Shown: piece by piece, positions 39,612-48,143 of the stretch
How the letters are laid out: each line of letters starts with the position of its first letter
Position numbering within the stretch: position 1 is the first letter of the stretch
Translations under genes and position numbers: made by a program
Assembly: GCA_965237675.1 (NCBI GenBank)
Contig: OZ250150.1
Location: forward strand, 1,664,001 to 1,728,000
Length of the DNA: 64,000 bases
DNA from: Candidatus Latescibacterota bacterium
Lineage (GTDB): Bacteria; Latescibacterota; UBA2968; GCA-2709665
Direction of reading: 5' to 3'
Notes under the pieces: model-generated
What the model was told of the DNA's origin: nothing
Database searches by the model: none
The model's input: the letters and a program-made list of their open reading frames with translations, nothing else

Positions 39612-42044
39612 ATGCATTCGAAACGTTTGAACGCCGTCCTGAAAGGGCGCGGCGGATGGGCGTTCGCAGTAGTCCTGGCGATATCCTGGTCCGGACAGGT
39701 CTGGGGCCAGGCGAATCATCCGGGGTCCGCGGGCAGGGCCGCCCTGGAGCGCGGGATGCTGTATACGTCCGTGACCAATTTGGGCACGCAGGGAGGCTCC
39801 ATCGGCGCTGCGCTCTCACGATCTTCCAGCATGGTGTACCCCGCCACGGTGGGCGGCGATATCATTACAGGTGATGGCTGGGCGAGCCAGCTGCCCTTTT
39901 TCCGCGTCGACTGCAACAGCGAAGGGCGAATCGAGAGCACGTCGCACGGGGAGGGCATCGGCCTGGCATTGCGGCTGCCGTCGAGCTTTGCGGGCACGAG
40001 AGCGTACGATTCTTTCTCCCAAAACGAGTTCTACGTGGTATTGACCGGCCCGCGGTCGGACATGCTCGACGAGATCGTGCCCATGGTGGCAGACCCCATG
40101 ATGGACGAGAACCTGGCGTATCTGGGCGGGGAGCCACGGGTGCAACCCTCGTCCGCCGAGGATCCGGGCGAGGAGTGGCGTAAAGGCGCGCCATGGTACT
40201 ACGCGCCCACCTGGAGCGAGAACCTGGCGCAGATTTTGGTGGACGATGCGCTGAATAGGGCCCCCGTGAGGATCAGCAACTGGTCGTTCGGGGAATACGC
40301 GACCGCGGGGCCGCCGGCCGCGCCGTCGTCTCGTTCCGACGAATGGCCTGAAGAAATCATCCTCACCAAGTGGACCACGCTTGCGGGGGTTACCTTTACG
40401 CGGAGGACGATGACCTGGAGCTATCCGGCGTGGGACGACTTTATCATTACGGAGATCGAGTTCGAAAACACGGGCGACAGCAACGGGGACGGCGAGAGGG
40501 ACCTGCCCGCGGAAACGCTGGACGACGTCTTCATTCCCATCATCAACGCCTGGATGCTCACGGACGCGGGGCTTTCCCACTACAACCGGTCGGATGCCTG
40601 GCACTGGTACAATGTGGGCGGTCTCGACGACTGGATCGTTTATACGGAGAATGCCGGCTATTCGGGTCCGGCCAAGGGGCTGAAGATGATCGTGGACTGG
40701 GACGGCGACAGTCCCGAGTTTCCTTGGGACGATACGGGCGATCCCGTCAACCTGCGGATTATTTCGCCGTCGTGCGATACAGGCCGCAAGGACGGTGAGT
40801 TTGCCTCCTACCAATATATGGGCTTCGGTCCGCTGGCCTATCAGGACGGCGGTGAATGGGGCTTCAACTCCCGGGATATCGGCAAGTACGCGCAGCCTGA
40901 GGGTGACCAGCCGCACGCCGTTCGCTTCTGGCGGATCGAAGGCCCTACCGTGTCGGCGGACCCCCGGCCGGGCGCGCACGACCGGCAGACCATGTACAAC
41001 ATGATAACGGAACAGGGCTATCAATCCAATCCTGGAGAGATCGGTGTGTTCTACAGCGCCGAGACCTTCGGCCCGTATTCGCTGGCGCCGGGCGAAAAGG
41101 CCAAACTGGTCGTGGCCTGGGTGGGCGGTTCGGGTGCCGGAGAGAGCGACCTATACACCTGGACGCGGTCGCATCTGTATGACTTCGACGGTCTGAAGAA
41201 GGGCGAGGAATGGATGGTGGAGTTCTTCAAGCGGGCGAAGTGGGCCTATCAGAATGAGTACGACGTGCCCGATTCGCCGCCGGACGTTTACGTGGCGGTC
41301 TCAAACAGCCCGGATGCGCAGAACCTGCTCACCTGGAACTCGGCCGACGGCGCAATGAACCCGGACTATATGGGCGCGGAGGCACAGGACGTGGCGGGTT
41401 ACCGCATTTTCCGCTCCGAGTGGAACCCGGACGGGCCGTGGGACAGGATCGGCGAGGTTTCGGCGGGGACCCATACGTTTACGGACGAGTCGTCGGTAGC
41501 CGGCTTCAACTACTGGTATTCGGTGCGGCCGTTTTCCAGTGGCCACGAAGACTGGGTGGGCCGGGTGGGCACCATGGCCACGCTGCCTGAATTGGTGCAG
41601 GCGCAGGTGAGGGCCGGCCTGGAGGGCGGCCAGTGGGCGCGGTCACAGCGCAAGCCACCGTTTTACAGCCCGAAGCAGCCCGCGGTGGGTGAAACCGAGC
41701 AGTTGGGCCGGGAGGTTTTCGTGGTACCCAATCCGTTCCGGGTTGGCGACGCCAATCTGCAATACCCTGGCAAACCGCAGATCCGGTTCGTCAATGTACC
41801 GAGCAAGTGCTGGATCTACGTGTTCAACAGCGCGGGCGACATGGTCGGAAAGATCCTGCACGACGACCGCACGGATGCGCCGAACGATTCCAATTTGTGG
41901 CTGGGCGAAGCGCAGTGGGACCAGTTGGCGATGTCGCTGGGTACGGGGTCGATTTCAGCGGGCGTCTACTTCTTCGTCGTGGAATCTCTCGTGTCCGAAA
42001 GTCAGGGGAAGAAGCGGATAGGCAAATTCATGGTCATCCGATAA
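39612..42044 (+). CDS. Secreted protein with an FN3-like module and a C-terminal sorting-type domain
   Basis: Signal peptide; LTW...GYRIFRS...D......YWYSV; VVPNPF...IRFVNVP.KC.I.VFNSAGD.V...WD...AGVYFFVVE...GKFMVIR. Confidence 0.75.
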   Translation: MHSKRLNAVLKGRGGWAFAVVLAISWSGQVWGQANHPGSAGRAALERGMLYTSVTNLGTQGGSIGAALSRSSSMVYPATVGGDIITGDGWASQLPFFRVDCNSEGRIESTSHGEGIGLALRLPSSFAGTRAYDSFSQNEFYVVLTGPRSDMLDEIVPMVADPMMDENLAYLGGEPRVQPSSAEDPGEEWRKGAPWYYAPTWSENLAQILVDDALNRAPVRISNWSFGEYATAGPPAAPSSRSDEWPEEIILTKWTTLAGVTFTRRTMTWSYPAWDDFIITEIEFENTGDSNGDGERDLPAETLDDVFIPIINAWMLTDAGLSHYNRSDAWHWYNVGGLDDWIVYTENAGYSGPAKGLKMIVDWDGDSPEFPWDDTGDPVNLRIISPSCDTGRKDGEFASYQYMGFGPLAYQDGGEWGFNSRDIGKYAQPEGDQPHAVRFWRIEGPTVSADPRPGAHDRQTMYNMITEQGYQSNPGEIGVFYSAETFGPYSLAPGEKAKLVVAWVGGSGAGESDLYTWTRSHLYDFDGLKKGEEWMVEFFKRAKWAYQNEYDVPDSPPDVYVAVSNSPDAQNLLTWNSADGAMNPDYMGAEAQDVAGYRIFRSEWNPDGPWDRIGEVSAGTHTFTDESSVAGFNYWYSVRPFSSGHEDWVGRVGTMATLPELVQAQVRAGLEGGQWARSQRKPPFYSPKQPAVGETEQLGREVFVVPNPFRVGDANLQYPGKPQIRFVNVPSKCWIYVFNSAGDMVGKILHDDRTDAPNDSNLWLGEAQWDQLAMSLGTGSISAGVYFFVVESLVSESQGKKRIGKFMVIR

Positions 42045-42081
42045 CCGGCGCGTGGCAATTCCGGGAAGGAGCAATAAGCTT

Positions 42082-43062
42082 ATGAAGCGGATACTTTGTA
42101 TGACACTGATGACCGTTCTCGTGGCCGGCGCATTCTGGAATCCGCCCGCAGAAGCGCGGGACGCACCCGAGATCCTGAAGTCGGAGGACTTCCGGAAGCT
42201 TGGACTGGCGTCGTTTCCATGGATGAAGGTGAACCAGTCCTCACGTGCGGCGGCTATGGGAGATGCATTTACGGCAGTGTCGAACGACATAAACGCGATC
42301 TTTTTCAACCCGGCCGGTCTGGTCCACCTGAAGCGGTTCGGTTACCAGCTTTCCCACACCATGTGGCTGGTCGACACCGGATTTTACAGCGGTGCGTTTG
42401 CCTACAGGACGGGTTGGGGCGTGTTGGGCGTCAACGTCGTGAATTACGACGTGGGCGATATGCCGGTGCGGACCATTTACAACCCCGAGGGCACCGGGGA
42501 AATGGTCAAAGGCGGCGGAATGTCGTTCGGCGTGGCCTATGCGTTTCAGGCAACCGATAAACTGGGGTTGGGCATCCGGGGGGTGTATATTTCCGAGACC
42601 CTGCACACCGACAATATGTCTTCGATCGTACTGGACGCCGGCACGCACTTCTATACCGGTTTTCGTAGCTCCCGAATCGCCTTGGCCATGCGGAATTTCG
42701 GGCCTGATACCAAGGTGCTGGCGGAAGACCAGAAATTCCTGATGCCGATGAATTTCGATATCGGCGTGGCGATGGAAATATTCGGCGAGATGGCCGATCC
42801 GAATTACCTGACGGTCTCTTTCGAGAGTTCCTATCAGGTGGACTACGAACAGAGGTGGCAGATCGGCGGGGAACTCTGGCTGTCAAACGCCGTGGCCCTG
42901 CGAGCAGGATACAAGTTCAACCACGACCTTGAAAGCTATAGCTTTGGCGCGGGTTTCAAGGGCAACTGGGGAGGCCGAACGGTGCTTGTCGACGTCGCCT
43001 ATACCAATGTCGGCGAACTGCTCGATGCACCGCTCCGGTTCAGCATTGGAGGCGCATTTTAA
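42082..43062 (+). CDS. porV: PorV/PorQ family outer-membrane protein
   Basis: RAAAMGDAFTAVSND..AIFFNPAGL, H..WL.D, LRAGYKF, C-terminal RFSIGGAF; AGGAG upstream of 42082. Confidence 0.85.
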   Translation: MKRILCMTLMTVLVAGAFWNPPAEARDAPEILKSEDFRKLGLASFPWMKVNQSSRAAAMGDAFTAVSNDINAIFFNPAGLVHLKRFGYQLSHTMWLVDTGFYSGAFAYRTGWGVLGVNVVNYDVGDMPVRTIYNPEGTGEMVKGGGMSFGVAYAFQATDKLGLGIRGVYISETLHTDNMSSIVLDAGTHFYTGFRSSRIALAMRNFGPDTKVLAEDQKFLMPMNFDIGVAMEIFGEMADPNYLTVSFESSYQVDYEQRWQIGGELWLSNAVALRAGYKFNHDLESYSFGAGFKGNWGGRTVLVDVAYTNVGELLDAPLRFSIGGAF

Positions 43063-43261
43063 CTTCCAATGCCGTCGCAGCCCTCTCGTTAGGGCCATTT
43101 GACGTGAACAGAGCTAACGGCGGCGCAATGTGTCTCCGGCCGGGTCGGCGGGAAGGGGCATTGGCCGCCGTTTTGTTATCGACGCACGGATCGGTAAGGG
43201 GTATAGACAGGCCCGGGTATGATGGGACTGGACTGGCGTTTTCCCATCGACTTGGCGCGAG

Positions 43262-44155
43262 GTGGTCATGCGGGCCATCGGATTGTTCTGTGTTTGTCTG
43301 ATTTGGTGGGGCGTTGCGGGTTGTGGGGGTGCGGACGAGCCGCCCACCAGCGCCGTGGAGGAAGTCGACCCGAACAAAGATCGGCCCCTTCCGGTGGGTC
43401 TGGCGCGGCGGTTCGGAGGGGTGGAAATGGTACGGGTGCCCTCCGGTAACTTCACCATGGGCATGGAAAGGGGACCGGCGGATCAGCAGCCCGCCCGGCA
43501 GGTGTACCTGAATGCATTCTACATCGACCGTTTTGAAGTGACCAATGCCGAGTATTTCAAATTCTGGGCGGCTCCTGACGGCGGCATTCGGGAACGTCAT
43601 ACGCCAGCCAGCCACGGTTCCAAGGACGGCATCGGAGACTGGCCTGAGCGTGCCAACACCAGGCCGAACTTTCCCATTGTGGGGATCAACTGGTTCGACG
43701 CGGGCGCCTATTGCGCCTGGCGGGGCGTCCGATTGCCCACGGAGGCGGAATGGGAGAAGACCGCCCGCGGCGATGAGGCGAGGGAGCCGTATCCATGGAA
43801 CAAGGGCCTGAATGGTTCCCGGGCGAATTACAGGGACGGCGACGACGGCTATGACAATACCCTGGCCCCCGTGGGCAATTATACCGAAGGCGTGAGTTTT
43901 TACGGGGCCATGGACCTGGTGGGAAACGTGTGGGAGTGGTGCGCGGACTACTACGATTCCGAATATTACAAGGTGGGCGCCACCACCGGCCCCGAGGGAC
44001 CGGTGGTGGGCCGGTTCCGGGTACTTCGGGGAGGGTCCTGGCGGACAGCCGCGTTCCAGGATCCGAACAAACTCAGCATCACCTACCGGAGTTGGTCGGA
44101 TCCCGAGGGCGCCACCGATGGATGGGGCGTCCGGTGCGCCAGGGACGTAAACTGA
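43262..44155 (+). CDS. FGE-sulfatase (SUMF1)-fold lipoprotein
   Basis: Lipobox VAGC; F.MG, EVTN, RLPTEAEWEK, DLVGNVWEW, RVLRGGSW, GVRCARD. Confidence 0.88.
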   Translation: MVMRAIGLFCVCLIWWGVAGCGGADEPPTSAVEEVDPNKDRPLPVGLARRFGGVEMVRVPSGNFTMGMERGPADQQPARQVYLNAFYIDRFEVTNAEYFKFWAAPDGGIRERHTPASHGSKDGIGDWPERANTRPNFPIVGINWFDAGAYCAWRGVRLPTEAEWEKTARGDEAREPYPWNKGLNGSRANYRDGDDGYDNTLAPVGNYTEGVSFYGAMDLVGNVWEWCADYYDSEYYKVGATTGPEGPVVGRFRVLRGGSWRTAAFQDPNKLSITYRSWSDPEGATDGWGVRCARDVN

Positions 44156-44157
44156 AA

Positions 44158-45015
44158 ATGCGGGGGTGGAGGCGGTGGCAGGCTGCCTGGTATGGTCTCC
44201 TGGTGTGTGCCGGGTGCAGAGGCGGGTCCCTGCTGGACGACCTTCCGGAGGGCGTCTTCCTGGACCGGACACCTGCCGGTACGGTCGATACGATGCTGGT
44301 CGTACCCTCGGGCGATTTCCTGATGGGCACGAATCGTGGATTCGACCCGGAAGGTCCTGCGCATGTCGTCTATCTCAATGCGTTTTATATTGACAAATAC
44401 GAGGTGACGAACGCTCAATTCCGTGCGTATGCCCGTGCGACGGGAGTTTCGTTGCCGCTGGAAACCCGGAATCCGTTATTTTCCAATGACCGTCAGCCGG
44501 TTGTGGGGGTGATGTGGACCGAAGCGGATGCCTATTGCAGGTGGCGCGGCGGACGCCTGCCCACGGAGGCGCAGTGGGAAAAGGCGGCTCGGGGGACGGA
44601 CGGACGGACATATTCGTGGGGTGAAGAGGCGCCCGGAGGGAACTACGCGATCATGGATCTGGGCGGGAGGTGCGGGCGTACCAACTGGGCCAACCCGTCC
44701 GCCGGTCCGGTGCCCGGGGAGTTCTGTCATACCATGCCGGTGGGTTCGAGGCCCAGGGGCGCGAGCCCGTACGGGTTGCTGGACATGGCGGGCAATGCCT
44801 GGGAGTGGTGCAACGACTGGTACGACGATACTTACTACAGTCGAAGTCCCAAAGAAGATCCATCCGGCCCGGCGACCGGGACGTTCCGTGTGGTGAGAGG
44901 CAGTTCCTGGCACCACCTGCCCCATTATCTGAAGACGTCGGCCCGGTTCAGATTTTATCCGGACCAGAAGGGCAATTTCATCGGGTTTCGCTGTGTGCGG
45001 GACGTACATCAATAA
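44158..45015 (+). CDS. FGE-sulfatase (SUMF1)-fold lipoprotein, paralogue 2
   Basis: Lipobox-like CAGC; YEVTN, RLPTEAQWEKAARG, DMAGNAWEW, RGSSW, GFRCVRD. Confidence 0.88.
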   Translation: MRGWRRWQAAWYGLLVCAGCRGGSLLDDLPEGVFLDRTPAGTVDTMLVVPSGDFLMGTNRGFDPEGPAHVVYLNAFYIDKYEVTNAQFRAYARATGVSLPLETRNPLFSNDRQPVVGVMWTEADAYCRWRGGRLPTEAQWEKAARGTDGRTYSWGEEAPGGNYAIMDLGGRCGRTNWANPSAGPVPGEFCHTMPVGSRPRGASPYGLLDMAGNAWEWCNDWYDDTYYSRSPKEDPSGPATGTFRVVRGSSWHHLPHYLKTSARFRFYPDQKGNFIGFRCVRDVHQ

Positions 45016-46162
45016 CCTGTGCGTCGGCGCGGTGGGCCGGGCGCTGTGGCGGGGTACGCTGGTGGTCTGCGTGATGTCTGCGCAACCTCTCCTCGCGAGC
45101 ACGGAAAGGGTCGCTCTTAACGATAGCGCGGCCAGCCGGTTGACCGAGGCGATTGGCCTGATGCCGCCGGCGGCAACCGGATTGGGGGCGGGAGCGACAC
45201 CCGGCGCGTATCCGCCATTTGCAGAGGCCGCCGGCCTCGTGGCCGGGAGCCGAGGTGAGAGTGAGGCGGAATGGAATCTGACCCAGGCGGCGCTCGGCCT
45301 CACGGTTGCGCACCTGCGTAAAGCCCTGGTGGCCGCTCCGGATTTCGCCGCGGCGCACTACCTTCTGGGCCTGATGGATGCGAGACAGCGCAGGTACGGG
45401 GACGCGCTTGCAGCCTATCGGCGGGCCGCCAGGGCGGGGATGCCCTTTTCCGGCGATCCGTTGAAGGCGCTTTTCCTGCGGGCGGTCTCCCGTTGTCAGT
45501 CCGCCGCGGAGCAGGTTGCGACGGGCACCCAGTTCCTGGATCGGGGGAAAGTTGAGGAGGCGCGGGCGGCGTATCGGGAGGCCGTCGCGCTGATGCCGGA
45601 CTACGCTGAGGCGCACGCGAACCTGGGCCTTGTCCATATGCTCGCGGGAGATCTTGAAGGGGCCGTTTCCCGGCAACTGGAGGCTATCCGCCTGAAGCCG
45701 GACCTGGCCGAGGCGCATTACAACCTGGGCAATGTATATTCCCGGCAGGGCAGGTACACGGAGGCGGTGCTCTCGTACCGCGAGGCCATCCGGCTGAAAC
45801 CGGGAAGCGCGCCGCCCGATTCGCTCGTGTCGGTTGTCGACGCGCACCAGGGGGCGTATACCCGGTCGGTGGCCGGGTACCAGCATGCCAGGCGCTACGC
45901 GGGTCTGGCAAACGCGTATTTCAATCTCGGAAACAACGAAGCGGCGATTGCGGCCTACGAGCGCGCGATCGGTTTCGCGCCCGATTTTGCCGACGGGCAC
46001 TACAATCTGGCCGTTATCCACGAACGGACGGGCGACGTGGGGAGCGCCATCGTCCACTGGCGGGCTTATCTGAAGCTTGCCCGGCGGGATTCCGCACAGC
46101 AGGCGTGGGTTGCCGACGCCAGGGCAAGACTGAATCGGCTGGAAGAATCTCAAAAAAAGTGA
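44993..46162 (+). CDS. Tetratricopeptide repeat protein (start may be GTG 45032)
   Basis: Repeated P..AEAH.NLG...G...EA...YR.AI.L.P units. Confidence 0.85.
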   Translation: MCGTYINNLCVGAVGRALWRGTLVVCVMSAQPLLASTERVALNDSAASRLTEAIGLMPPAATGLGAGATPGAYPPFAEAAGLVAGSRGESEAEWNLTQAALGLTVAHLRKALVAAPDFAAAHYLLGLMDARQRRYGDALAAYRRAARAGMPFSGDPLKALFLRAVSRCQSAAEQVATGTQFLDRGKVEEARAAYREAVALMPDYAEAHANLGLVHMLAGDLEGAVSRQLEAIRLKPDLAEAHYNLGNVYSRQGRYTEAVLSYREAIRLKPGSAPPDSLVSVVDAHQGAYTRSVAGYQHARRYAGLANAYFNLGNNEAAIAAYERAIGFAPDFADGHYNLAVIHERTGDVGSAIVHWRAYLKLARRDSAQQAWVADARARLNRLEESQKK

Positions 46163-47892
46163 TACGCTTCTGTATTATATGGACCTTTTCTGTGTTCCTG
46201 ACGTGCATGGAGGGAAACAGCCTCGCGCAGGGGGTGGTCTTCAAGGATGTGACCGAGGCCGCAGGGATCCGGTTCAGGCACGATAACGGCGGGTCCGGCA
46301 GGGAATATATGCCGGAATCGATGGGGTCGGGATGCGCGTTCTGGGATTACGACGGCGATGGGGATGCGGATATTCTCCTGATCAACGGCGCCCCGTTGCG
46401 GGAGCGCGGATCGGGGCCGCCATCGACGATGGCGCTTTACCGCAACGATGGAGACGGGAGCTTTTCGGATGTAACGGCGCAGGCGGGGCTCAAGCAGCCC
46501 GTGTACGGCATGGGCTGCGCGGCTGGAGACTATGACAACGACGGAGACGGCGACCTGTACGTGGCCTGCCTGGGCGTCAACCGGCTGTACCGGAATCGGG
46601 GAGACGGTACATTTGAGGACGCCACGACGCGGATGGGGGTGGGAGATTCGACCTGGAGCGTGTGCGCGGTCTGGCTGGACTACGATCGGGATGGGGATCT
46701 GGACCTGTTTGTCGGCAATTACCTGAAATGGACGGCGGAACGGGATAATTGGCTATCCGAGCGATCGGACGCGCGATCGTACGCACCCCAGCTGTACGAT
46801 CCGGAGTATTCGCGGTTATACCGCAACGACGGTGACCGTTTTTCCGACGTCACGGCAGTATCCGGAATCGGGGAAAAACCGGGAAAGGGAATGTCGGCCG
46901 TCGCGGTGGATTACAATGGGGACGGATGGCCGGACATTCTGATGTCCAACGACACCATGCCGGACTATCTTTACCGTAACAACGGAGACGGCACGTTCAC
47001 GGAGGACGGCCTACTGGCCGGCGTGGCGTTCAGCGCCGCGGGAGAGGCGAAATCCGGCATGGGGGTAGACGCCGGAGACATCCGAAACACCGGCCGGGCG
47101 GACGTGGCAATCGGAAATTTCGCCTTTGAGATGATTTCGCTGTTTCAATGCCAGGAAGGCGGGTACTTCACGGATTGGACCCTGCCTTCCGGCGTGGGTC
47201 ACCCGAGTGCGCAGTTCGTGACTTTTGGCGTGTTTTTTTTCGACTTTGACCTGGACGGCCACCTGGACCTCTTCGCGGCAAACGGACATGTGGACGACCG
47301 GATCGAGGAGGCCAAACCTCACCTCAGGTACGCCCAGCGCCCGCTGCTGTACCGTAACACCGGGGGTGGCCGCTTTGCGGAAGTCGGAGCGAAGAGCGGC
47401 GACCTTGAACGCCCGCTGGTGGGTCGAGGGGCGGCGTACGCGGACTACGACGGAGACGGAGACCTGGACGTACTGGTGTCCACCAACAACGGCCGTCCCG
47501 CGCTATTTCGCAACGACGGGGGAAACAGGAACCGTTGCCTGCGGGTGAAACTGGTCGGAGGTGTCCCACCCACGGGCGACCGGCTTCGGAAGCCGATCGG
47601 AGAACCGTCCTGGTCCAACCGGGATGGGATCGGCTCGGTCGTTCGGGTGCGGGTGGCGGGCAAGTTGCAAACGCGCTCCGTCAGGGCGGGATCCAGCTAT
47701 TGTTCGCAGAGTGAGCAGATATTGACATTCGGGCTGGCAGGCGCCCGGGCCGCCGATGCGGTTGAGGTGGTCTGGCCCTCCGGCCGGATAGAACGGATCA
47801 ACAACGTTGCAGCCGGGCAGACGGTGACCGTTCGGGAGGGACGGGGAATTGTTGCCAGGGCGCCGCTAAGGGCTATATCGGCGGCGGATTGA
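46159..47892 (+). CDS. CRTAC1/ASPIC-UnbV family FG-GAP repeat protein
   Basis: F.DVT..AG, multiple DYD.DGD.D repeats, SNRDGIG..V, SY.SQSE..L.FGL, EV.WPSG; GTG overlaps the TPR stop. Confidence 0.9.
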   Translation: MIRFCIIWTFSVFLTCMEGNSLAQGVVFKDVTEAAGIRFRHDNGGSGREYMPESMGSGCAFWDYDGDGDADILLINGAPLRERGSGPPSTMALYRNDGDGSFSDVTAQAGLKQPVYGMGCAAGDYDNDGDGDLYVACLGVNRLYRNRGDGTFEDATTRMGVGDSTWSVCAVWLDYDRDGDLDLFVGNYLKWTAERDNWLSERSDARSYAPQLYDPEYSRLYRNDGDRFSDVTAVSGIGEKPGKGMSAVAVDYNGDGWPDILMSNDTMPDYLYRNNGDGTFTEDGLLAGVAFSAAGEAKSGMGVDAGDIRNTGRADVAIGNFAFEMISLFQCQEGGYFTDWTLPSGVGHPSAQFVTFGVFFFDFDLDGHLDLFAANGHVDDRIEEAKPHLRYAQRPLLYRNTGGGRFAEVGAKSGDLERPLVGRGAAYADYDGDGDLDVLVSTNNGRPALFRNDGGNRNRCLRVKLVGGVPPTGDRLRKPIGEPSWSNRDGIGSVVRVRVAGKLQTRSVRAGSSYCSQSEQILTFGLAGARAADAVEVVWPSGRIERINNVAAGQTVTVREGRGIVARAPLRAISAAD

Positions 47893-47951
47893 GGGATCTC
47901 AACAAATAGTGTCCCGTCCCAGAAATATGTTACCATTCATCCGCCGATTCA

Positions 47952-48010
47952 TCCCGTCTCGCTACGCCCGTTCTGGTCCCGTCTCGCTACGCCCGTTCTG
48001 GTCCCGTCTC
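47952..48010. repeat. 25-bp tandem duplication
   Basis: TCCCGTCTCGCTACGCCCGTTCTGG x2 plus a partial third copy. Confidence 0.85.
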
Positions 48011-48143
48011 TTCACGGCGCTGATGTCAACTGATTGGGTTTTTGGTTCAAGCTGACGGCTGAGAGCTGATAGCTGTTTTTGCTGCTTCTGATCGGCCGAA
48101 TTTAGCCAATCTATTTCAGGGACAGAACACTAGGGGGCGCGAC

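Noticed and set aside
43262-45015. FGE-fold genes as diversity-generating retroelement targets
   Set aside because: No reverse transcriptase and no adenine-variant template repeat seen in the window; a remote DGR cannot be excluded.
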